From sequence record SRR20825006_1074: a stretch of 27,013 nt of DNA; one strand, given 5' to 3'. Both the position numbers and the translations under genes were made by a program. Below the pieces are notes generated by a model. That model saw only the letters and a list, made by a program, of their open reading frames with translations. It searched no databases and had not been told where the DNA came from. Numbering within the stretch: position 1 is the stretch's first letter; every line of letters starts with the position of its first letter. Shown here in pieces: positions 1-8,794 of the stretch.

Positions 1-2
1 AT

Positions 3-185
3 AAGCTGGCGCGCGGGTATCTCCCCAACACCACCCATTCGCTGCATTGGATAGCTGATCCGGGCTTTGCCCGCGCGGTTGACGATTACCTTGTAGCCGA
101 ACGAGCCGCGGTAGACGAGGAAACCGAATTTCTCACCTCATACGGTCCATTTAAACGCACAGACAGAGAGGACGATCATGACTGA
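3..185 (+). CDS. C-terminal fragment of a FemAB-like/DUF482 GNAT-family protein (5' end outside window)
   Basis: Manual translation from nt 3 gives [72 protein letters not shown] is the typical C-terminal motif of this family. The stop overlaps the start of phhB. Confidence 0.8.
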   Translation, partial: KLARGYLPNTTHSLHWIADPGFARAVDDYLVAERAAVDEETEFLTSYGPFKRTDREDDHD

Positions 186-480
186 ACTGCTCTCAGACGC
201 ATCCCGCACCGAGGCCCTTGCGCCGCTTTTGGCCACAGGATGGGCCGAGACCGAAGGCGGCACTGCGATTTCAAAACGCTTCACCTTCGTCAATTTCATC
301 GAAGCGTTCGGTTTTATGACCCGCGTCGCGTTGATTGCGGAAAAAATGGATCACCACCCGGAATGGACCAATGTCTATCGCTCGGTCGAGGTGATCCTGT
401 CCACCCATGACGCAGGTGGATTGACCGAGAAAGACATCAAACTCGCAAGAAAAATGGACAAGGTGGCCGCAGATGATTGA
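178..480 (+). CDS. phhB: Pterin-4-alpha-carbinolamine dehydratase
   Basis: 100 aa with [19 protein letters not shown] and [13 protein letters not shown] motifs; GAGG RBS upstream. Confidence 0.93.
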   Translation: MTELLSDASRTEALAPLLATGWAETEGGTAISKRFTFVNFIEAFGFMTRVALIAEKMDHHPEWTNVYRSVEVILSTHDAGGLTEKDIKLARKMDKVAADD

Positions 481-1321
481 ACAGATTTTGAACTATCCAA
501 TTTATAATGGACAGACGGTCGGGGACTATCTGTCGCTTGAGTTTCTGCTTGGGGTTGGCGGGTCCATCCTTGGTGCGTTGTTTCTTTTGGCCATTGGTAT
601 GCTCATTGCCGGATGGGTCGCGCGGCGCATTCGCGGTATCGGGTCCAAGTATCAGAAACTCGACAACACTCTGTTCAATTTCCTCGGAAATATCGCCCGC
701 TACGTCATTCTGGCCTTTACCGCGCTGATCGTTCTCAACACCTTTGGCGTCCAAACCACCTCCATCGTCGCCGTCATCGGTGCCGCGGGTCTGGCCATTG
801 GTTTGGCGTTGCAGGGCACCCTGTCGAATGTTGCCGCCGGTGTGATGATCATCCTGTTTCGCCCGTTTAAAATCGGCGATTTTGTTGATGTTGCGGGCAA
901 AATGGGCACTGTCAAAGACATCTCGCTGAACTTTACTGAACTGGCCGATCTGTCCAACGTTCAGGTCATCGTCCCCAACTCTCAGGTCTGGGGCAACATC
1001 ATCACCAACTTTTCCACCAACCAAACCCGGCGCGCCGAATGGACGTTTGGGGTGGGTTACGGCGCCAATCTCAAAACCGCCGAAGAGGTCATTCGCAAAG
1101 TGATCATGTCCGATCCGCGCTCAATGCCCGAGCCTGAGCCGTTTATTCAGGTCAACAATCTGGGCGATTTCTCGGTCGATTTTCTGGTCCGTGTGTGGGT
1201 GAAATCCAGTGATTTCTTTCAATATCAGGCCGACATGAAACGTCAGGTGAAAGAAGCGCTGGATGAGGCGGGCGTGGACATTCCTTTCCCGACGCGCACT
1301 TTGGTCAACGCCGCCGAATAA
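473..1321 (+). CDS. mscS: Small-conductance mechanosensitive channel (MscS family)
   Basis: Three TM segments, [30 protein letters not shown] and IPFP C-terminal motifs. Confidence 0.92.
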   Translation: MIEQILNYPIYNGQTVGDYLSLEFLLGVGGSILGALFLLAIGMLIAGWVARRIRGIGSKYQKLDNTLFNFLGNIARYVILAFTALIVLNTFGVQTTSIVAVIGAAGLAIGLALQGTLSNVAAGVMIILFRPFKIGDFVDVAGKMGTVKDISLNFTELADLSNVQVIVPNSQVWGNIITNFSTNQTRRAEWTFGVGYGANLKTAEEVIRKVIMSDPRSMPEPEPFIQVNNLGDFSVDFLVRVWVKSSDFFQYQADMKRQVKEALDEAGVDIPFPTRTLVNAAE

Positions 1322-1323
1322 AT

Positions 1324-1359
1324 AAAACGCCCGGGGAAATGCATCCCCGGGCGTCTTTT
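1324..1359. terminator. Bidirectional intrinsic terminator between mscS and the peroxiredoxin gene
   Basis: AAAACGCCCGGGGA-AATGCA-TCCCCGGGCGT-CTTTT: an 11-bp GC-rich stem flanked by A- and T-tracts, between convergent genes. Confidence 0.85.
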
Positions 1360-1360
1360 G

Positions 1361-1849
1361 TTAGATCGCTTCCAAAAGCGATTCACCGGCCGAAATCGTG
1401 CAATTCCCCGGGCTTTCCTCGACTTGCAGCACTTTCACCACACCGTCTTCTGCATACAGCGCAAAGCGTTTCGAACGTCCGAACAGGCCCGCAGGCGGAG
1501 CGGTGAAATCAAGACCCAATGCCTTGATAAACGTACCCTCTGCATCCCCCAACATTGACAACCCGGCCTCATCCGCGCCGGTGTCCTTGGCCCATGCGCC
1601 CATCACAAACGGGTCGTTCACGGACACACAGATCACCTCATCCACACCCTTGGCCGCGAAGGCGTCTTTGGTGCGGATGAAACTTGGGACATGAGCGGTG
1701 GTGCACACACCCGTATAAGCGCCCGGCAGGCCGAAAAGCACCACGTTGCGGCCTTTGAATTTGGCGGCCAGATCGACGGAGGCCGGTCCTTCTGCCCCCA
1801 ACTCAAGCACGGTTCCGTCTGGAAGCGTGTCTCCAACAGAAATTGTCAT
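1361..1849 (-). CDS. Peroxiredoxin, Prx5/Redoxin type
   Basis: PGAYTGVCTTAHVP peroxidatic Cys motif, CVSVNDPFVM, RSKRFA and a C-terminal resolving Cys. Start set at ATG 1849 (GAGG RBS) rather than 1873. Confidence 0.92.
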   Translation of the reverse strand: MTISVGDTLPDGTVLELGAEGPASVDLAAKFKGRNVVLFGLPGAYTGVCTTAHVPSFIRTKDAFAAKGVDEVICVSVNDPFVMGAWAKDTGADEAGLSMLGDAEGTFIKALGLDFTAPPAGLFGRSKRFALYAEDGVVKVLQVEESPGNCTISAGESLLEAI

Positions 1850-1938
1850 TCTTGATCCTCTTCGCGTTGTCATTTGATCTCTTCACGATATAGGGTCAGG
1901 GCGTTTTCAGACCAGTCGAAAGCGCAAAAGGAGCACGC

Positions 1939-3144
1939 ATGAGCCATTTTATCGTCGTCGGCGCCGGACAGGCCGGGCAAAGCATCGTCACCACCCTACG
2001 CGGTCAGGGATTTGACGGTAAAATTACGTTGATCGGCGACGAACCCGTGCCCCCCTATCAGCGTCCGCCGCTGTCAAAGGCCTACCTCTTGGGCGATATG
2101 GATTTGGATCGTTTGTATCTGCGCCCGCTGAGTTACTATGCCGATGAGACCATTGATTTGCGCATGGGTGCGTCCGTCACCGCCCTCGATCCGGCGGCGA
2201 AAACCATCACTGTCGATGGCGAACACCTCTCCTATGACAAGCTCGCACTGGCCACCGGCTCCGCACCGCGGGTTTTGCCCGCCTCCATCGGCGGGACATT
2301 GCAAGGCGTCTACACCATGCGCACGCTGGCCGATGCCGATGCGATTGAACCCGAGTTCAAAGAGGGCGCGTCGGTGTTGATCGTGGGCGGTGGGTACATC
2401 GGGCTTGAGGCCGCAGCCGTCGCGGCGAAAAAGGGGCTGAAGGTCACACTCGTGGAAATGTCCGACCGGATTTTGCAACGCGTTGCCTCGAAAGAGACCT
2501 CCGATTATTTCCGCGCTCTACATCAAAGCCATGGCGTTGACCTACGCGAAGGTGTGGGCCTCGAAACCCTTGTCGGTGACACCCGCGTGAACGCCGCGAA
2601 ATTGACCGATGGCACCACGCTGGACGTGGATTTTGTCATTGTCGGCGTCGGCATCACCCCCAATACGCAACTGGCGGAGCTGGCTGGGCTGGTGCTGGAC
2701 AACGGCATCATGACGGACCGCCATAGCTGCACCTCCAACCCGGATATTTTCGCCGCGGGCGATTGCGCCTCCTTTCCACATATGGGCCATCAGATGCGGC
2801 TTGAAAGCGTGGGCAACGCGATTGATCAAGGCGCTGTTGTGGCCAAAAACATGTTGGGCCAAGCGGTGGACTACACGCCGAAACCGTGGTTCTGGTCGGA
2901 TCAATTTGATGTCAAACTGCAAATCGCCGGGCTGTCCACCGGCCATGATCAGGTGGTGATCCGCGAAACAGAAACCACGCGCTCGCATTGGTACTACAAA
3001 GAGGGTGCGTTGATTGCGATTGATGCGATGAACGATCCGCGCGGCTATATGGTGGCCAAGCGGCTGATCGAGGCGGGCAAATCTGCCGATCCGGCTTTGG
3101 TGGCTGATCCTGCAACTGACCTCAAAGCGCTGATGCGCAGCTGA
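1939..3144 (+). CDS. NAD(P)/FAD-dependent ferredoxin reductase (putidaredoxin/rhodocoxin reductase-like)
   Basis: GAGQAG FAD motif, PYQRPPLSK, GGGYIGLE NADH motif, IFAAGD, RLES and PWFWSDQ. Confidence 0.9.
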   Translation: MSHFIVVGAGQAGQSIVTTLRGQGFDGKITLIGDEPVPPYQRPPLSKAYLLGDMDLDRLYLRPLSYYADETIDLRMGASVTALDPAAKTITVDGEHLSYDKLALATGSAPRVLPASIGGTLQGVYTMRTLADADAIEPEFKEGASVLIVGGGYIGLEAAAVAAKKGLKVTLVEMSDRILQRVASKETSDYFRALHQSHGVDLREGVGLETLVGDTRVNAAKLTDGTTLDVDFVIVGVGITPNTQLAELAGLVLDNGIMTDRHSCTSNPDIFAAGDCASFPHMGHQMRLESVGNAIDQGAVVAKNMLGQAVDYTPKPWFWSDQFDVKLQIAGLSTGHDQVVIRETETTRSHWYYKEGALIAIDAMNDPRGYMVAKRLIEAGKSADPALVADPATDLKALMRS

Positions 3145-3704
3145 TGCGGATCATCGCAGGAGAGTTTCGTGGGCTGACATTGGCCGCCGTTGGCAAAGGC
3201 GATGTGGGTGCGCATTTGCGACCCACAACGGACCGGGTGCGCGAAAGTCTTTTTAACGTGCTGATGGGCGGAAAATACGATGATCCCATTGTGGAAGCGC
3301 GGGTGCTTGATCTGTTTGCGGGCACCGGGGCTTTGGGACTTGAGGCGCTGTCACGCGGGGCGGACCATGTGACTTTTGTCGATGACGGACGCAAAGCGCA
3401 GAGCCTTGTGATGCAAAACATCACCCTGTGCAAAGCCACAGATCGCACCACGCTGATGCGGGTGGACGCCACACGTTTGCCCGCCAATCCAGATGCGCCC
3501 TATGATCTGATCTTTCTCGATCCGCCCTATGGCAAGGCTCTGGGCGAAAAGGCCATGGCCGCCGCGATCACCGGAGGCTGGCTCACGCCACGCGCCTTGA
3601 TTGTGTGGGAAGACAGTGCGGACATCATCATCCCAGAGGCGCTGACCCTTTTGGATCAGCGCAAATATGGCGAGACCAAAATCAACATCCTGGAGCCAAA
3701 ATGA
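3144..3704 (+). CDS. rsmD: 16S rRNA m2G966 methyltransferase
   Basis: MRIIAG, LRPTTDRVRESLFN, VLDLFAGTGALGLEALSRGA, FLDPPY and YG.T motifs. Confidence 0.95.
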   Translation: MRIIAGEFRGLTLAAVGKGDVGAHLRPTTDRVRESLFNVLMGGKYDDPIVEARVLDLFAGTGALGLEALSRGADHVTFVDDGRKAQSLVMQNITLCKATDRTTLMRVDATRLPANPDAPYDLIFLDPPYGKALGEKAMAAAITGGWLTPRALIVWEDSADIIIPEALTLLDQRKYGETKINILEPK

Positions 3705-4348
3705 TCCCGAACCTTGTAATTTTCGACTGTGACGGTGTGATCGTTGACAGCGAGCCGCCGCTTTTGGACTTTTTGCGCGATGAGTTCGCCCGCTATGGGC
3801 TCGACATCACCTTGCATGAGTTGGAAACCAAATATGTTGGCGGTACGATGAAAACCGTGGCCGAACGCGCCCGCGCCGCAGGGGCCACGCTGCCCCCGCA
3901 TTGGGAAACCGAGGTCTATCCCCGAATTTATGACATGTTGTCCACTGGCGTGCCACTCATCCCCGGCATCGAAGCCGCCTTTGACGCGCTTGATCAGGCG
4001 GCCATCCCCTATTGCGTCGGCTCCAACGGTCCGATGGAAAAGATGGACGTCACTTTGGGCGCGCATCCGGCGGTGTTTGCCCGCCTCAAGGGGCGCATTC
4101 ATTCGGCTCACACTCATGGTGTCGCCAAACCCGAGCCAGGCCTGTTTTTGATCGCCGCAGAGACTATGGGTGTTGCGCCGGAGGCCTGTGTGGTTGTGGA
4201 CGATAGCCCGTCGGGCTGCATTGCCGCACGTCGGGCAGGAATGCGGTGTTTCGGCTTTGATCCGCACCGCGATGGCGCGCGGTTGGTCTCTGAGGGGGCC
4301 GAACACCTTTCAGATATGCACGATCTGCCACGCCGCCTCGGCTTGTGA
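3701..4348 (+). CDS. HAD-superfamily hydrolase (subfamily IA)
   Basis: IFDCDGVIVDSE motif I, SNG, KPEPGLF and VVDDSPSG. ATG 3701 overlaps the rsmD stop (ATGA). Confidence 0.9.
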   Translation: MIPNLVIFDCDGVIVDSEPPLLDFLRDEFARYGLDITLHELETKYVGGTMKTVAERARAAGATLPPHWETEVYPRIYDMLSTGVPLIPGIEAAFDALDQAAIPYCVGSNGPMEKMDVTLGAHPAVFARLKGRIHSAHTHGVAKPEPGLFLIAAETMGVAPEACVVVDDSPSGCIAARRAGMRCFGFDPHRDGARLVSEGAEHLSDMHDLPRRLGL

Positions 4349-4361
4349 CCCATGCAAACAT

Positions 4362-4390
4362 GAAAGGGCCGCCCCAAAAGGCAGCCCAGT
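4362..4390 (-). terminator. Intrinsic terminator downstream of dctP (possibly bidirectional)
   Basis: Minus strand GGGCUGCC-UUUUGG-GGCGGCCC-UUUC: 8-bp stem with a G-U wobble that pairs only on the minus strand. Confidence 0.65.
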
Positions 4391-4414
4391 TTATTCTAAT
4401 CCCGAAGGGTCAGA

Positions 4415-5500
4415 TCATTTCTCAATGACGTGATAGGAGGCCCCAAAAGTGTCAATCCATGGGTGTTGGGTCGAAGCTGCGGCCATATCGGCGCGCGCAT
4501 CTTCTACCAGTTTTGCCCCATCGTAGCCTTTGCCATCCATTTCGGTGATCCACTCGGCAATCACCTCATCCCCCAAGACTTTGATCTTGTCGGTCTCATC
4601 CTTGCTCATCACCTCGATCGAATTGCCTGACGCGACCATGACGTTGACGCCATCTTCATCGCCCTGATCATAGGCAGCACCCGCCCATTCTGAGGCCATC
4701 AGACCCGAATTGTTGTCGATCACGGCCTTCAGATCATCGGGCAGGCTGTCGTATTTCGCCTTGTTCATCGCCCAGATGAAATAAAGATTGTAAAATGACT
4801 GATGCCCGTCGACGTCGGTGTGACTGTCGGTCAACTCATCAAGCTTGAGCGAAGGCGCCATTTCATAGGTGATCACACCGCCGTCCAAAACGCCTTTGGC
4901 CAAGGCTTCGGGAAAAGCCGGAACCGGCATACCTACGGGTGTTGCGCCCAGTTTTTCCAGCAAAAGCGTTGAGGTCCGTGTCGGCGCGCGCAGTTTGAGG
5001 CCTTTGAAATCCTCAACCGTTGCAACCGACCCGCCCTTTTTGTGAATCAAGCCTTCGCCATGCATATGTGCCGCGAGGACATGCACGTCTTTGAAATCAT
5101 CCATCAGGTGCTGTTGCGTGAAATTCCACGCCGCAATCGACGCCAATTCACCGGATTTCTCGGTCATGAACGGCAATTCCAACGCCTCGGCTTCCGGGAA
5201 ACGCCCAGGTTGATAGCCCGGAATCACCCAGCCGCCATCAATCGCGCCATCGCGGATCAGGTCATATTGGTCCGGTGCTTTACCGCCCAATTGCATCAAC
5301 GGATAGATCTCGATCTTGATGCGGCCTTCGGATTCTGTTTCGATTTTCTTGGCCCAAGGTTCCATGAAATACATCGGTGACCCGGAGTTTGGTGACACGA
5401 AATGCTGAAAGCGGAGCGTCACCTCCTGCGCAAGGGCAGATGTGGTGCTTACGGCTGTCACAAGAGCCGCGGCGGCGGCGGTTTTAAACAGGTGTTTCAC
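4415..5500 (-). CDS. dctP: TRAP transporter periplasmic substrate-binding protein (DctP family)
   Basis: Sec signal peptide (..SALA/QEV), SEGRIKIEIYP, PGYQPGRFP, ELPF, DFKGLKLR with conserved Arg, LGATPVGMP, MNKAKYDSLP. GTG start with AAGGAGG RBS. Confidence 0.9.
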   Translation of the reverse strand: MKHLFKTAAAAALVTAVSTTSALAQEVTLRFQHFVSPNSGSPMYFMEPWAKKIETESEGRIKIEIYPLMQLGGKAPDQYDLIRDGAIDGGWVIPGYQPGRFPEAEALELPFMTEKSGELASIAAWNFTQQHLMDDFKDVHVLAAHMHGEGLIHKKGGSVATVEDFKGLKLRAPTRTSTLLLEKLGATPVGMPVPAFPEALAKGVLDGGVITYEMAPSLKLDELTDSHTDVDGHQSFYNLYFIWAMNKAKYDSLPDDLKAVIDNNSGLMASEWAGAAYDQGDEDGVNVMVASGNSIEVMSKDETDKIKVLGDEVIAEWITEMDGKGYDGAKLVEDARADMAAASTQHPWIDTFGASYHVIEK

Positions 5501-5679
5501 GGGCAGTCCTCCTTATGGGCTGTCTCATGCGGACCTTTCGCGGTCCGCGCCCAGTTGACGTAGGGTCTTGCTAGTACTGCTGCAAGTCATTCGCAACAGG
5601 AGGATGCGAAGATTTCTCTGACTCTTTGGTCAGGCGATTGAAGTCAAACACTATTCTTGAAAAACAGCTCTTTGCCGCC

Positions 5680-6528
5680 TTAGCCGCCAAAGCTCGGATA
5701 AAACAAACCCGCCGGGGAAAGCGTGAAAATCTCACATCCGGTTGCCGTCACCCCGATGGAGTGTTCGAACTGCGCAGAGAGTTTCTTATCCTTGGTGATG
5801 GCTGTCCAATCATCCGCAAGGACCTTGGTTTCCGGACGACCGAGATTGATCATCGGCTCAATGGTAAAGAACATGCCCTCTTCGAGCACCGGGGCGCTGT
5901 CGCCCGGACGACGCACAGGGACATAGTGCAGCACATTTGGCGGCGCATGAAACACCCGTCCCAAGCCATGCCCGCAAAAATCGCGCACCACCGACATGCG
6001 GTTCTTATGGGCGTGCTCCTGAATGGCACCTGCAATGTCGTCAAACGTGTTGCCCGGCTTCACTTGTTCGATCCCAAACATCAGACAGTCATGGGTGACC
6101 TGCACCAAACGCTCGGCAAATTTCTTGGGCTGACCGGCGAAATACATCCGGCTTGAATCGCCAAACCAACCGTCTTTGATCACCGTCACATCAATATTGA
6201 CGATGTCCCCATCGACCAGCTTGTCGTCCTTATGGCCGGGAATTTTCGCCCCCGGAATCCCGTGACACACCACATAGTTCACCGAAATACAGGAGGCGTG
6301 TTTATAGCCTTTATAGTCGATGGTCGCGGACACGGTGCCAAGCTCGACCACCCGGCGGGTGATAAACGCGTCGATCTCCTCGGTGGTTGCACCGGGCACG
6401 ACAAGTGGGCCGACCTCATCAAGGATTTGCGCGGCAATTTTGCCCGCCGCGTGCATGCCAGCAAAATCGGCATCCTCATAAATCCGAATTCCGTCTTTGG
6501 TGATGCGGCCGCGATGCGTCTCGTCCAA
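5680..6528 (-). CDS. map: Methionine aminopeptidase type I
   Basis: CISVN..VCHGIP and metal ligands IDVT, GDSSR, CGHG, TIEPMI, AQFEHS. TTG start with GGAG RBS. Confidence 0.95.
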   Translation of the reverse strand: MDETHRGRITKDGIRIYEDADFAGMHAAGKIAAQILDEVGPLVVPGATTEEIDAFITRRVVELGTVSATIDYKGYKHASCISVNYVVCHGIPGAKIPGHKDDKLVDGDIVNIDVTVIKDGWFGDSSRMYFAGQPKKFAERLVQVTHDCLMFGIEQVKPGNTFDDIAGAIQEHAHKNRMSVVRDFCGHGLGRVFHAPPNVLHYVPVRRPGDSAPVLEEGMFFTIEPMINLGRPETKVLADDWTAITKDKKLSAQFEHSIGVTATGCEIFTLSPAGLFYPSFGG

Positions 6529-6602
6529 GGGTCTACTCCATCTCTTTGCCGCACTGATATAAGGGGTTCAGCCGCGAAGGGCCAGTGCTTCGAACGGAGT
6601 TC

Positions 6603-7289
6603 TTATGCAAAGCGGCCCGCGTCAAAACGCACCTGTTCGGGCGTGATGGTGACCGAATGGACGCGAATATCGACGCCCGCTGCGCGCGCCTCTGCCTCGG
6701 CTTTGGCATAGGTCGGGTCGATATCGCCTGCGGGAGCGAAGCGATTGCAATCATCGCGCGACACCAGATAAAGCATCACCGCCCGGTCGCCCTCGGCCAC
6801 ACGAGCCGCCAATTCACCAAGATGCTTGGCCCCGCGCGCAGTTTTCGCATCCGGAAACTCGGCCAAGCCGGTATCGCGCGATAAGGTGACGGATTTAACC
6901 TCGATCCAAATCCTATTCTGATTTTGTACAACCATGAAATCAGCGCGCGAATTGACACCGTATTTGACCTCCGCGTGGACCTCACCGATCAAATCCGGGA
7001 TCAACCCCGCGCGCAAAGTCTCGCCTACGACCTTATTGGCAACGCCCGTGTCGACCACCACCATCGCTCCCGCAAGCTCGACAATCCGCAGGCCGTATTT
7101 GAGCTTTTTCTTCGGGTCGTCATTGGGTTCGACCCAAACCCGTGTACCCGGATCAGACAGGCCCATCATCGAGCCTGGATTGGGGCAATGCGCCGTCACC
7201 TCGCGCCCGTCGGGCAGACGAATATCCGCCAGGAAGCGTTTATACCGACGTAAAAGTGTCGCGGGGATCAGTTCGGTTTGAAAGCGCAT
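6603..7289 (-). CDS. sfsA: DNA/RNA nuclease SfsA
   Basis: RRYKRFLAD, AHCPNPGSM, SRADF, IEVKSVTL and FPDAKTARGAKHL. Start set at ATG 7289. Confidence 0.95.
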   Translation of the reverse strand: MRFQTELIPATLLRRYKRFLADIRLPDGREVTAHCPNPGSMMGLSDPGTRVWVEPNDDPKKKLKYGLRIVELAGAMVVVDTGVANKVVGETLRAGLIPDLIGEVHAEVKYGVNSRADFMVVQNQNRIWIEVKSVTLSRDTGLAEFPDAKTARGAKHLGELAARVAEGDRAVMLYLVSRDDCNRFAPAGDIDPTYAKAEAEARAAGVDIRVHSVTITPEQVRFDAGRFA

Positions 7290-7335
7290 GAACACAGGAC
7301 TATACCCTTAGCAACAGCCGCTCAAGGAGGTCCTG

Positions 7336-8070
7336 ATGCCCAACCCAACCGCCGCGATTCTGATCATCGGGGATGAAATCCTGTCGGGGCGCACCCGCGA
7401 CGCCAATATGTACCTGCTTGCGGGCGAATTGACCCGCATCGGCATTGATTTGAAGGAAGTGCGGGTGATTTCCGATGATCGCAATGCGATTGTAACCACG
7501 GTGCGGGCGCTCTCAGACGCTTACGATCATGTCTTTACCTCAGGCGGCATCGGCCCGACCCATGATGACATCACCGCCGATTGTGTCGCCGAGGCCTTTG
7601 GTCGTTCGATCGGTGTGCGCGACGATGCCCGTGCGCTTTTGGGCGCGCATTACGAGGCGCGTGGGGTTGAGTTCAACGAAGCGCGGATGCGGATGGCGCG
7701 GATTCCAGAGGGCGCGACTTTGATCGAAAATCCGGTCTCCATTGCGCCGGGATTCAGTCTTGAGAACACCCATGTCATGGCCGGAGTGCCCAACGTGTTT
7801 GCCGCCATGGTCGCCTCGATCCTGCCGACGCTCACGGGTGGCAAGCCGTTGCTGTCGCAAACCTATCGTATCAATCGCGCGGAAAGCACCGTGGCCGAAC
7901 CTTTGGGGATATTGGCGCAAAAATACCCTGATCTGTCGATGGGCTCTTATCCGTTTACCAATAATGGCGCGTTTGGCACCAATATCGTCATTCGTGGCCA
8001 AGACGGGGCAAAGGTTGATGCCGCTATTCTGGAACTTGCGGCCCTGTTTCCTGCGCATGAAAATGGCTGA
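7336..8070 (+). CDS. Competence/damage-inducible protein A (CinA-like, molybdopterin-binding domain only)
   Basis: IIGDEILSGRTRDAN, SGGIGPTHDDIT and MAGVP; AAGGAGG RBS. No C-terminal NMN deamidase domain. Confidence 0.9.
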   Translation: MPNPTAAILIIGDEILSGRTRDANMYLLAGELTRIGIDLKEVRVISDDRNAIVTTVRALSDAYDHVFTSGGIGPTHDDITADCVAEAFGRSIGVRDDARALLGAHYEARGVEFNEARMRMARIPEGATLIENPVSIAPGFSLENTHVMAGVPNVFAAMVASILPTLTGGKPLLSQTYRINRAESTVAEPLGILAQKYPDLSMGSYPFTNNGAFGTNIVIRGQDGAKVDAAILELAALFPAHENG

Positions 8071-8794
8071 GCCTGCCTGTCCCGACGACTATATCACGGC
8101 GTTCGAGGCAACATGGCCCGCGCTCAGGCGCGACCCCGTCGGCCCGTTCATCTATCGCGACGGCGCGGGGGGGGGCAGCCGTACCTCGGCGGCCACGCTT
8201 GCCGGGGATGTTTCCGCGGACGCGCTGGATCAGATCGAAGCCCGCTTTGCCGCGGATGCCCGCCCCGCGTTGTTTCAAATCCGCACGGGTGAGGCCGCGT
8301 TTGACGCGCTGCTCGCAAAGCGCGGCTACACAATGTTTGATCCAACCCTCTGCCTCGCCGCTCCGATTGAGACCTTTGCGCCCTCTGATCCCAAATGCAG
8401 CTATGTGTCCTGGCCGCCGGTCTCGATTCAGCGCGAAATTTGGGCCGAGGGCGGCATTGGTCCGGCGCGGCTTGCGGTCATGGATCGGGCCTGCGCGCCA
8501 AAAACCTCCCTGCTGGGCCGCATCAAAGATCGCCCTGCCGGGGTAGGATTTGTCGCGCTGTCTGGGTCCATCGCCGTGCTTCACGCGCTTGAAATCACGC
8601 CAACCGAGCGCCGCAAAGGCATGGCCCGCATCTTGGTGACACTGGCCGCCGATTGGGCCCGCACCCAAGGCGCCGCCACGCTTGCGCTTCAGGTCACGCG
8701 CGCCAACACCGCCGCTCTTGCGCTTTATTCTTCGCTTGGACTGCGTGAAATCGGCCAGTACCACTATAGAACCAAACCGATGACCGAGGCCTGA
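8063..8794 (+). CDS. GNAT family N-acetyltransferase
   Basis: C-terminal acetyl-CoA motif ERRKGMA, LQV..ANTAALALYSSLG and YHYR; N-terminal EATWP..GGG. Start is ATG 8057 or 8063, overlapping the cinA stop. Confidence 0.85.
   Translation: MAEPACPDDYITAFEATWPALRRDPVGPFIYRDGAGGGSRTSAATLAGDVSADALDQIEARFAADARPALFQIRTGEAAFDALLAKRGYTMFDPTLCLAAPIETFAPSDPKCSYVSWPPVSIQREIWAEGGIGPARLAVMDRACAPKTSLLGRIKDRPAGVGFVALSGSIAVLHALEITPTERRKGMARILVTLAADWARTQGAATLALQVTRANTAALALYSSLGLREIGQYHYRTKPMTEA

Noticed and set aside
7742-8062. N-terminal extension of the GNAT ORF, suggesting a frameshift fusion with cinA
   Set aside because: cinA is complete in its own frame and the GNAT has a coupled ATG at the cinA stop; no slippery site seen.
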